Assembly (NCBI GenBank): GCA_965203055.1
Contig: OZ241863.1
Location: 1,568,001-1,632,000 of the forward strand
Direction: 5' to 3'
DNA length: 64,000 nucleotides
Origin: Spirochaetia bacterium
GTDB taxonomy: Bacteria > Spirochaetota > Spirochaetia > SZUA-6 > Bin103
Positions 40,285 through 48,637 of this stretch are shown one piece after another (the first letter of the stretch is position 1; every line of letters begins with the position of its first letter). The notes below the pieces were generated by a model. That model made no database searches. It was not told the DNA's origin and was given only the letters and a program-made list of their open reading frames with translations. A program made the position numbers and the translations under genes.

Positions 40285-41193
40285 TTACTTCTCCTGTATT
40301 CGTGATGCGATTGTCACATCGCCTGCCGGATCGACTCGCCGGTGAAATCGCAGGGCCAGAGGAACGCATCGCCTGGCGGCCGGCCAAGCCCAGCGCAACC
40401 CGTCCGGCGCTGCCTCGACCACGACGGCAACCTGGTCCCCGCCGGCTACCGCCAATGACGCGGCATAGGTTCCCGGCTGCGGGAGAATCTGCTCCAACTG
40501 CTGCGCGGCGACGTACCAACGATCTGCAACGGCGCCGCGAGCGGACCAATCGGGCACGGTGTCATGGCCGACGGCCCCGCGAAGATCGATCTCGAACGGC
40601 GAGCCCATCATCTCTTGGGCCATTGCGAAGTCCCCCGCTCGCACCGCAGCCCGAATTCCGGTGCTGCTGACGACGTGGTCTCCTGCCATTACCGGGGGGA
40701 CGGCCACGACAGGAACTCCGGCCGGAGCCAGCAGCCGCCGTAACTCAACGACGTCGGTGCCGCGTTCGCGGCCACAGCGAAAATCCACACCGACCACCAA
40801 CTTGCGGAACGACATCGCGCGCCGGAGCGCGCTGATGAACTCCCCGCCCGACAGTCTACTGAACGGTACGGAAAAGTCAATCAGTACCAGATGGGTCACT
40901 CCCAGGGCGGCGAACCGCTCGCGCCGCTGCCGCAACGTGGTCAGCGGCCCCGGCGGCCGGCGCGTCAGCACCGCGCGCGGGTGCTGGCGGAAGGTCAGCA
41001 CCGCGCGGTGCGGCGCCCGGGCGCCGGGCGCGGCCGGCTCGCCGCGGCCCGTTCCCGCGGTACACTCGGTCAGCCGGCGCACGATCTCGCGGTGGCCTCG
41101 ATGTACCCCGTCGAAGGTACCGATGGTCAGCGCCACCGGGCCGCGGATCACCTCGCGTCCGCCCATCAGGTCGCGCCAGGTGGTGACGACCAC
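40285..41193 (-). CDS. ribF: FAD synthetase (RibF-like, degenerate kinase domain)
   Basis: GTFDGVHRGH, VGVDFRCG, VSSTGIR; no PTAN motif. Confidence 0.88.
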   Translation of the reverse strand: MVVTTWRDLMGGREVIRGPVALTIGTFDGVHRGHREIVRRLTECTAGTGRGEPAAPGARAPHRAVLTFRQHPRAVLTRRPPGPLTTLRQRRERFAALGVTHLVLIDFSVPFSRLSGGEFISALRRAMSFRKLVVGVDFRCGRERGTDVVELRRLLAPAGVPVVAVPPVMAGDHVVSSTGIRAAVRAGDFAMAQEMMGSPFEIDLRGAVGHDTVPDWSARGAVADRWYVAAQQLEQILPQPGTYAASLAVAGGDQVAVVVEAAPDGLRWAWPAARRCVPLALRFHRRVDPAGDVTIASRIQEK

Positions 41194-41246
41194 CTTATGC
41201 CGCCGGCCTCACGCGGCCGGGCCGGTTGCGCCGCACTCCGGCGCGG

Positions 41247-42119
41247 TCAGGCGTCGGCGAATACGCCGGCATAGCTCCACTCCTCCCCATTCCAACGCAG
41301 CACCGCCAGCAGGCGCTCAGCCGCGTCGAACGCCGCGTAGTAGTCGGCGCCCGGCTCCGGCGCGGCGGTGAACATGGCCGCGCAGAGCGGCTGCCCGCGC
41401 ACCAAGCCCTGCCGGAACCGCTCCCTCACCTGCAGCTTCCGCACGCCGGGAAGACGAGTCAGGAACGCTGCCGGCGGCAACACCCGGTCGCCGCGGAATT
41501 GTTCGGCAGTCGTCGCCTCGCGGTGGCCGAACGGCCCGATTGCCGTGCGCCGCAGCCGCGCTACGCAGGCGCAGGAGCCGGCCGCCTCGCCCAGGTCGCG
41601 CGCCCAGGAACGAACGTACGTGCCGGCGCTGCCGGTCAACCCCAGCGTCAGTTCGGGGGGCCGCCACCGGCGCAGGTCCAGCGCGGTCACCGACACCTCA
41701 CGCACCGGCAGGTCCGGCTGCGCGCCGCGGCGCGCCAGGGCGTAGGCCCGCTCACCGCCCACCCGCACGGCCGAGAACCGGGGAGGGCGCTGTCGGATTC
41801 GCCCCGACAGGGCGGGTAACGCGCGCCGGATGCGCTCCAGGTCGGGCAGCGGCGCGGTTCGCACCACGCTCCCCTCCGGGTCCAGCGTGTCGGTTTCGAT
41901 GCCAAACCGAATGGTGACCAGATAGCGCTTTTCCAGCCCGCTCAACAGCGGGGCAAGCCGGGTGGCGCGTTGCGTAAGGACGCCGAGCAGGCCGCTGGCG
42001 AAGGGGTCCAGGGTGCCGACGTGCCCTACCCGCCGCGAACCGAGCGCCCGCTTTATCGGTCCGAGACATTGGAAGCTGGAGATCCCCGCCGGCTTGTCCA
42101 GCAGTACCAGGCCGCCCAT
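41247..42119 (-). CDS. truB: tRNA pseudouridine(55) synthase
   Basis: DKP.GISS, GHVGTLDPFASG, PPRFSA, GTYVRS. Confidence 0.97.
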   Translation of the reverse strand: MGGLVLLDKPAGISSFQCLGPIKRALGSRRVGHVGTLDPFASGLLGVLTQRATRLAPLLSGLEKRYLVTIRFGIETDTLDPEGSVVRTAPLPDLERIRRALPALSGRIRQRPPRFSAVRVGGERAYALARRGAQPDLPVREVSVTALDLRRWRPPELTLGLTGSAGTYVRSWARDLGEAAGSCACVARLRRTAIGPFGHREATTAEQFRGDRVLPPAAFLTRLPGVRKLQVRERFRQGLVRGQPLCAAMFTAAPEPGADYYAAFDAAERLLAVLRWNGEEWSYAGVFADA

Positions 42120-42145
42120 GGCCGGCCTCGCCGCCGTGTCGCTGC

Positions 42146-42493
42146 TCAGCGCTTGACGTCCTTGAGCTGCTGAGTAACGCGGAATCCATCCAGGATCGAG
42201 GTGTCGGCGATGAAGCGCAGCCGCGGCGTATGGCGCATCCGCAGTTGGCGCCCGATTCGGGCCTGCAGGAAGCCGGCGGCATGGTTGAGAGCATCCACGG
42301 TGGCGGCCAGTACCTGTTCGTTACCGTAGTACGAGACGTAGACCCGGGCCGAAGTCAGGTCCTTGGCCACGCGCACCCCGGCGATGGTCACCAGCGAATC
42401 GACCCTGGGATCCTTCAGGGTCTTGCTGCTGATCAGACGGCCCAGCTCGGCGCCGAGATAGCTCTCAACCCTTCTGAGCCGCAGCTCCGACAT
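42146..42493 (-). CDS. rbfA: Ribosome-binding factor A
   Basis: KDPRV, DLTSARVYVS, AAGFLQ, RHTPRLRF..D. Confidence 0.96.
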   Translation of the reverse strand: MSELRLRRVESYLGAELGRLISSKTLKDPRVDSLVTIAGVRVAKDLTSARVYVSYYGNEQVLAATVDALNHAAGFLQARIGRQLRMRHTPRLRFIADTSILDGFRVTQQLKDVKR

Positions 42494-45434
42494 GTTGTGG
42501 ACGCCGTTCACGCGCCGGCTGACCGGTGCCGTTGGCAACCGGCTCGCCCAGCTTCTTGGCCACCGTGCGCTGCTCGATGACATCGACGGAGTCGCCAACC
42601 TTGATGTCGTTGAAGCCTTCGATGCGAATGCCGCACTCGAAGCCCGACTCCACTTCGCGCACGTCGTCCTTGAAGCGCCGCAGGGCGACTATTCTGCCGC
42701 GGTACACCGGGCGGCCGTCGCGAATGACCTGCGCCAGCGCTCCGCGCCGGACCGTACCCGATACCACGTAGCTCCCGGCAATGGTGCCAACCCGAGAGAT
42801 GCGGAACAGTTCGCGCACCTCGACGCTGCCTACCGTGTCCTCGACCACGTCGGGGGTCAGCAGCCCCTCCATGGCAGCGCGAACGTCATCGATCACCTCG
42901 TAGATGATGTCGTACTTTCGTATTTCTACCTTTTCCTGGTCGGCCAGCGCCTGCGCGTTGGGCGTCGGACGGATGTGAAAGCCGACGATGATCGCGTTCG
43001 ACGCGGAAGCGAGGGCAACGTCGTCCTTGTTCACGGCGCCGGCTGCGGAGTGGATCACGCTCAGCTTGATTTCGGAGGTGCTGAGCCGTTCCAGAGCGCT
43101 CCGCAGCGCTTCCACCGAGCCGTAGACGTCGCCCTTGATGATCAGCTTCAGTTCCTTGGTCTCACCTTCGCTGATCTGCTGGTAGAGGTTGTCCAGGGTA
43201 ACCTTGGTAACGTTCTGCGCCTCTTCCACCTTCTTCAGTTCCTGGCGCTTGGCCCCTACCTGGCGGGCGGTCTTCTCGTTCTCGGTGGCTTGAAACGGAT
43301 CACCGGCCTCAGGCAACCCGGCGAGGCCCACGATCTGGATCGGCTGCGCCGGGGTCGCTTCGGTTACCCGCACGCCGCGGTCGGTGAACATGGCCCGCAC
43401 CTTGCCGGAGAACACGCCTCCAACGAACGAGTCGCCGGTACGCAGGGTGCCCTTCTGAATCATCACCGTCGCCACGATGCCGCGCCCGAGGTCGACCGCG
43501 GATTCCACCACCCGGCCCACCGCGCGCGCCTGGAAGTTCGCTTTGAGCTCCAGCAATTCAGCTTGCAGCAAGATGTTGTCCAGGAGGCCGTCGATCCCGG
43601 AGCCGGTCAGTGCGGAGAGCTCGTTGAACAACGTGGACCCGCCCCACTCTTCCGAGATCAGGTCATGGGCCGACAGTTGCCGCCGGACGCGTTCGGGATT
43701 GGCCTCAGGCAGGTCGATCTTGTTTATCGCCACGATGATCGGGACGTCGGCCGCCTTCGCGTGGTTGATCGCTTCGACGGTCTGCGGCATCAGGCCGTCG
43801 TCCGCGGCCACCACCAACACCACGATGTCGGTGAGCTGCGCCCCGCGGGCGCGCATTTCGGTAAACGCCGCGTGGCCGGGAGTGTCGAGAAAGGCGATGC
43901 GGCCGCGCGGGGTATCGACCGAATAGGCGCCGATGTGCTGGGTGATTCCCCCCGCTTCCCCGTCCGCCACGTTGGCCTCGCGAATCGCATCGAGCAGCTT
44001 GGTCTTCCCGTGGTCGACGTGGCCCATGATGGTGACGATCGGGGGCCGCGGCTGCATCTTGTCGAGGGTATCCTCGTCCTCTTCGATCACCGTCTCATCG
44101 AACAGCGAGACTACGTTGACCTTGGAGCCATACTCATCGGCGAGCAGGGTCGCGGTATCGGCGTCGATCTGTTGATTTATGGTCACCATGGTGCCCATCG
44201 ACATCAGCTTGGCGATCAGGTCGGAGGCCTTGAGGTTCAGCTTGCGGGCGAGTTCCGAAACCGTGATCACCTCCAGGATGTCGATCTCCTTCGGCACCGG
44301 ATTGGCGACCGGGACCGGCTTCTTCCGGGCGAGGGAGAGCTTCTCCTCGTGTTCCTCAGGTCCGACGTGGTAGCCGACTCCGGGACGGCGTTTGCGGATG
44401 AATCTCTTGCCGCCGGTCCTGCCGTCGGTAACGGGCGGCGCCGGCGCCCCGCCGCCGCGCGGCAGGCCAATCCTGGAGCCGCCGCGGCCGGCGGGAGGAC
44501 GACTGCGCGGCGGCGCGCCGCGCCCGCCGCCCGCCAGCGGGCGGCCGCCCGGGCTGCGGTCGGCCGGTCCCCGGATACCGCCGCCGCGTCCCGGCGGCAT
44601 CCGCCCGCGCACGGCAGTGGTGCGCGCCGGCGGCCGGCGCCGGGCATTGCGGTCGCTACGGTCGCGAATCTCGAGCGGCGGCTGATCGCTGTCCCGGGCA
44701 CGGGAAATCGGGCGCAGCGGCGCTTCCGCCGCCCGAATACGATCGGCGGACGAGGTAAGTCGACGACCGGCGCCAAACTTCGCTGCACCGGCCTCGCGCG
44801 CGGGTCCGGCGGCGGTTGGCCGCCCCCCGGCTCGACCCGGCGGCGGCCCGGGGACCCCGCGCGCCGCCGGCGCTCGTCGGGGCGGGCGGTCAGGACGGCG
44901 CGGCGGCTCCGGGGCGGCGCCGTCCGGTCTCCGGCGCGGCGGCGGACCGGCGCCGCGCCTGCCGCCGGAGGGACGCTGTTGCGGCGCAGCGTTTGCCGGC
45001 GCGGTGTTGGCTGCCGGGCGTGCGGGTCGCGGCGGCGCGGCGGTTTCCTGATGAGGAGCGCCACTCGCCGGGCGCGGCTGCCGGGCGGCCGCCGGAGCAG
45101 GCCCGGGCGCCGACTGCGGCTCACGCGCGGTGCGGGCGGCAGCCGCCGCCTCGGGTGAGGACTCGCGCTGCGGCGCCGGCGGCGCCGCAGCGCCGGCGTC
45201 CTGCTTGGGAGCCGCCGGTGGTTTGCGCTTTACCACCACCCGGCGCGGCTTCTTGACGACCACGATGCGGCGGCGTTCGCTGTCGGCCCGCCCGCCGTCG
45301 GCGCCGGCAGGTTCCGGCGGCGGCGCGGCCGCCTTGGGCGGCTCGGGCTTGCGCTTTATGAGAGTGGCCTTGGGCCGTTGTCGTTCTTCGGAGTCCTGCC
45401 GCTCGGAGGTGGCCGTGGGCTTGTCGTCGCTCAT
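42465..45434 (-). CDS. infB: Translation initiation factor IF-2
   Basis: [35 protein letters not shown]; long P/R/G-rich N-terminus. Confidence 0.99.
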   Translation of the reverse strand: MSDDKPTATSERQDSEERQRPKATLIKRKPEPPKAAAPPPEPAGADGGRADSERRRIVVVKKPRRVVVKRKPPAAPKQDAGAAAPPAPQRESSPEAAAAARTAREPQSAPGPAPAAARQPRPASGAPHQETAAPPRPARPAANTAPANAAPQQRPSGGRRGAGPPPRRRPDGAAPEPPRRPDRPPRRAPAARGVPGPPPGRAGGRPTAAGPAREAGAAKFGAGRRLTSSADRIRAAEAPLRPISRARDSDQPPLEIRDRSDRNARRRPPARTTAVRGRMPPGRGGGIRGPADRSPGGRPLAGGGRGAPPRSRPPAGRGGSRIGLPRGGGAPAPPVTDGRTGGKRFIRKRRPGVGYHVGPEEHEEKLSLARKKPVPVANPVPKEIDILEVITVSELARKLNLKASDLIAKLMSMGTMVTINQQIDADTATLLADEYGSKVNVVSLFDETVIEEDEDTLDKMQPRPPIVTIMGHVDHGKTKLLDAIREANVADGEAGGITQHIGAYSVDTPRGRIAFLDTPGHAAFTEMRARGAQLTDIVVLVVAADDGLMPQTVEAINHAKAADVPIIVAINKIDLPEANPERVRRQLSAHDLISEEWGGSTLFNELSALTGSGIDGLLDNILLQAELLELKANFQARAVGRVVESAVDLGRGIVATVMIQKGTLRTGDSFVGGVFSGKVRAMFTDRGVRVTEATPAQPIQIVGLAGLPEAGDPFQATENEKTARQVGAKRQELKKVEEAQNVTKVTLDNLYQQISEGETKELKLIIKGDVYGSVEALRSALERLSTSEIKLSVIHSAAGAVNKDDVALASASNAIIVGFHIRPTPNAQALADQEKVEIRKYDIIYEVIDDVRAAMEGLLTPDVVEDTVGSVEVRELFRISRVGTIAGSYVVSGTVRRGALAQVIRDGRPVYRGRIVALRRFKDDVREVESGFECGIRIEGFNDIKVGDSVDVIEQRTVAKKLGEPVANGTGQPARERRPQHVGAAAQKG

Positions 45435-45505
45435 TCTTCAGTCTTGCAAGTTACCGTGCCGGCGGGCTGCCGTATAGAGCGCACCGCGGACACACAACCA
45501 GGGCG

Positions 45506-45535
45506 AAGTATCCGGGAGACGCAAGGGCCTTGTCA
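45506..45535 (-). promoter_or_regulatory. Putative internal sigma70 promoter upstream of infB
   Basis: TTGACA (45535-45530), 18 nt spacer, GATACT, within the nusA-infB gap. Confidence 0.45.
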
Positions 45536-45568
45536 ATCGGCCCGGTGCGTGCGTGCGCGAACATCGGC

Positions 45569-47266
45569 CTACTGTCCCGCCTCCTGCGGAGTATCCGGGT
45601 CATCTTCGTCTTCCTCCACCACCTCGACGTTCTCCTCGATGACCCGCAACAGGGTCGTTACGTCGCCGGCGGAAAGCCCCTCCACCGCGCCGAGCTGCTC
45701 TTCGCTCATCGACACCAGTTCGACCACGTCGTCCAGCCCGGCGGCCGTCAGCGCGGCCGCTATCCCTTCCGGCAGCCCCGGCAGCTCGCTCGCGCGCACC
45801 ACCGCTTCCGGCTCCTCGGCCGCTTCCTCCTGAGGGGCGTCTCCCTCCTGAGGAGCCTCCTCGGCGGCGGCGTGCGCCGCCGTCTCCTCGACCGCGGGCG
45901 CCGCCTCCGGCGCCGGTTCGGCGGCCGCCGGTTCGGCGTCGGCGGCCGGCGGTTCCTCCTCGACGATCTCCACGTTCTCTTCGATCAGCTTGCGCAGTTC
46001 GCCGATGTCCTTCTCCGACAGCTCGGGCACGGCCCGGAGCTGCGCCTCATCCATCGCTACCAGGGTCTCCAGCAGCTCCACGCCGGAGGCCTTGAGCGCC
46101 GCCGCCACGCGCGGCACGATGCCCGGCAGCTCCGCAACGTCGGTTATCTCCTCCTGCACGTCGCCAAACAACGCGGCCGCGGCGCGCTGCGGATCGGCCC
46201 CGATGTTCATCTCGTTCACCTGGGCGCGGGTACGCACGTCGATGCTCCAGTCGGTGAGGCGGTTGGCCAGCCTCACGTTCAGCCCCTGCTTGCCGATCGC
46301 CAGCGAAAACTGACTCTCCGGCACCACCGCCAGGGCCTGGCGCTTGGCTTCGTCCAGCACGATGACCTGTTCCACCTCGGCCGGCTTCAAGGCTTCGGTA
46401 ATGAACGACCGCACGTCCGGGTCATAGCGCAGTACGTCGATCTTCTCCCCTTCCAGCTCACGCACCACCGTCTGAATGCGCACCCCGCGCATGCCGACGC
46501 ACGCGCCCACCGGATCCACGTCGTCGCGCGTCGAGTAGACCGACATCTTGGTGCGGTAGCCGGGTTCCCGTACCATCTTGTGGATCTCGATGGTGCGGTC
46601 ATAGATCTCCGGCACCTCGAGCTCGAATATCTTCTTGACGAATTCGGTGTGGGTCCGGGTAAGGACGATCTGCAGCCCGAGCGCCGCCTTCTCCACTTCG
46701 TAGATCATGGCGCGCACCCGGTCGTTGGGACGGTAGATCTCGCGCGGCGACTGGTAGCGGCGCGGCAGGATGCCCTCGGTGCGCCCGACGTCGACGAAGA
46801 TCGTGCCGTTCCGCTCCCGCTGGTAGTAGCCGACGATCAGCTCGCCCTCGCGGTCCTTGAACTCGGAGTAGAGCGTGTCCTTCTGAATCTCGCGCAGCGA
46901 CTGGCGCGTCTTCTGCTTGGCGCTCTGGATCGACACCCGGTCGAAGTCGCGCGGGTTGATCCGGATCAGCAACTCATCGCCGACTTCCGCCTCGTCGTCG
47001 GTGTCCGTGCTGTACGCCTGCGCGTCGCTGAGGGAAATCTCCAGCGCCGGGTCTTCGATCTCCCGGTCCGGCACGATCTTCTTCTGGGCGAAGATCGACA
47101 CCGAAGTGGCATCTTCGGCGAAGCGCACGACGGCATTGTCGATGGTTCCGTATTTCCGCTTGTAGGCGGCGAGCAGCGCATCCTCGATCGTGTGCATCAC
47201 CAACTCTTCCGAGATGCCGCGTTCCTGGATTATCTGGCGGATTGCAAGCGCCATTTCGCTCGACAT
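45569..47266 (-). CDS. nusA: Transcription termination factor NusA
   Basis: S1 and KH domains (REPGYRTK, DPVGACVG, LAIGKQG.NVRLA); duplicated acidic C-terminal domain. Confidence 0.98.
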   Translation of the reverse strand: MSSEMALAIRQIIQERGISEELVMHTIEDALLAAYKRKYGTIDNAVVRFAEDATSVSIFAQKKIVPDREIEDPALEISLSDAQAYSTDTDDEAEVGDELLIRINPRDFDRVSIQSAKQKTRQSLREIQKDTLYSEFKDREGELIVGYYQRERNGTIFVDVGRTEGILPRRYQSPREIYRPNDRVRAMIYEVEKAALGLQIVLTRTHTEFVKKIFELEVPEIYDRTIEIHKMVREPGYRTKMSVYSTRDDVDPVGACVGMRGVRIQTVVRELEGEKIDVLRYDPDVRSFITEALKPAEVEQVIVLDEAKRQALAVVPESQFSLAIGKQGLNVRLANRLTDWSIDVRTRAQVNEMNIGADPQRAAAALFGDVQEEITDVAELPGIVPRVAAALKASGVELLETLVAMDEAQLRAVPELSEKDIGELRKLIEENVEIVEEEPPAADAEPAAAEPAPEAAPAVEETAAHAAAEEAPQEGDAPQEEAAEEPEAVVRASELPGLPEGIAAALTAAGLDDVVELVSMSEEQLGAVEGLSAGDVTTLLRVIEENVEVVEEDEDDPDTPQEAGQ

Positions 47267-47269
47267 GTA

Positions 47270-47752
47270 CTACGCTCCCTCTCTCTCGGCGCCGGTGAGC
47301 TGCGCGCGCCGTAGTTCCGCAATGGGCATGGTCGTGGTGTTGCCGGCGATGCGCAGCGTGACGCTGTCGCCGGCCGCGCGTTCAATGACGGCGTGCTCCC
47401 AGTCGGTCGCGGCGCCGCGCAGCACGCGCACCGCCTTGCCGGCAAAGATGGCATACTCGTGGGGCCGGCGCAAAACGCGTCGAATCCCGGGCGAACTTAC
47501 CTCCAGCGAGAGATCGCTCAGCGCGCTGCCGCCGGGGTCCGCGAGGAACGGCAGATGGAATTGTATCGCGCGCGTGAGCCGTTCCAGGGCGGAGGCGTCC
47601 ATTCCAGACTCGCGGTACACGATTACCCGCAGGAGCCGGGCTCGCCGGCTGCGTTGGAGCTGCAGCTCGACGCACTGAAACCCCTCGGCCTGAATGACCG
47701 GTTCCAGCGCCGTTCCAAGATACCGCTCAGTAGTGTCCCGCGCTGTCTGCAT
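47270..47752 (-). CDS. rimP: Ribosome maturation factor RimP
   Basis: LEVSSPGI.R motif; directly upstream of nusA. Confidence 0.92.
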   Translation of the reverse strand: MQTARDTTERYLGTALEPVIQAEGFQCVELQLQRSRRARLLRVIVYRESGMDASALERLTRAIQFHLPFLADPGGSALSDLSLEVSSPGIRRVLRRPHEYAIFAGKAVRVLRGAATDWEHAVIERAAGDSVTLRIAGNTTTMPIAELRRAQLTGAEREGA

Positions 47753-47798
47753 AGGAGAGTGCCAACCGTTGGCTAAGAACGACCGCTAGCTGAGAACC

Positions 47799-47827
47799 AA
47801 AAAAAGAGCCGGCGAAGCGACTCTTTT
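47799..47827 (-). terminator. Intrinsic terminator/attenuator in the rimP leader
   Basis: Minus strand AAAAGAGTCG-CTTCGC-CGGCTCTTTTTTT: stem-loop plus U tract. Confidence 0.75.
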
Positions 47828-47865
47828 CCACCTGCGTTCAACTTGCCGCACCAAAGTTCGCCACT

Positions 47866-47895
47866 AACGTAGCCACGGGGCGCCCCCCTTGTCAA
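47866..47895 (-). promoter_or_regulatory. Putative sigma70 promoter of the rimP-nusA-infB operon
   Basis: TTGACA (47895-47890), 18 nt spacer, TACGTT (47871-47866). Confidence 0.6.
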
Positions 47896-47920
47896 CCGGG
47901 CGCCGGGCGGGCGGAGCCTT

Positions 47921-48637
47921 TCAGTTCCGCACCAGCGTCAACACTCGCACGTTCGGCGTTCCGGCCGCGGTCAGCAGAGCGGCGCATTCGTTGGCGGTGG
48001 CGCCGGTGGTATAGACGTCATCGATCAGCACTACCGGCTGCGGCGAGGGCCGCAGCAGCCGGATGCGGCCCCGCAGGTTGCCGGACCGGGAAGCGAAGTC
48101 CAGTCCCTTCTGCTGGCGCCCGCGGCGGCGGCGCAGGAGCCGTCGAACCGGCAGCCGATGAGCGCGCTGCAGGCGGCGGGCGAGCAGGTCCGCGGTGTCG
48201 TACCCGTAGCGGAGAACACGCTGCCGGCGCGCGGGCACCGGCACGACGACGGCGGTGCCGTATCGCGCGGCGATGCGCCGCGCCAGCAGCGCCGCGAACA
48301 GCGCCGCCAATCCGGTGCAGCCTGAGAACTTGAACTCCTGCAGGAGCTCCTGCGGCAGCCCGCGGTAGTCGAACAGCGCCTCATGCGAGAGGAACGCCAA
48401 GTCCCGGTCGCGGCACCGCAGGCAGGGGGTCTCCTGCTCCGGCAGCACGGCCGCTCCGCAGCGGCCGCAATAGCCGGTCTCCTGCCGCCGCGCCGCGTAC
48501 ACGGCGCGGCGGCAGACGCGGCACAACGGGAGGTGCCCGCGGCCCGGCGCCAGCTCGCCGCCGCAGCCGGCGCAGGGCTGCGGGAACAGGAGGTCGAGCG
48601 CCGCCGCGGCTGCCCGGCGCGGCAGGCTGACGCTCAC
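47921..48637 (-). CDS. comF: ComF-family protein (double zinc ribbon plus PRTase)
   Basis: Four CxxC motifs, VVVPVP, LIDDVYTTGAT; GTGA overlap with the mutS stop. Confidence 0.9.
   Translation of the reverse strand: MSVSLPRRAAAAALDLLFPQPCAGCGGELAPGRGHLPLCRVCRRAVYAARRQETGYCGRCGAAVLPEQETPCLRCRDRDLAFLSHEALFDYRGLPQELLQEFKFSGCTGLAALFAALLARRIAARYGTAVVVPVPARRQRVLRYGYDTADLLARRLQRAHRLPVRRLLRRRRGRQQKGLDFASRSGNLRGRIRLLRPSPQPVVLIDDVYTTGATANECAALLTAAGTPNVRVLTLVRN

Noticed and set aside
42492..47314. 888-aa and 594-aa + strand ORFs
   Set aside because: Antisense shadows of infB and nusA.
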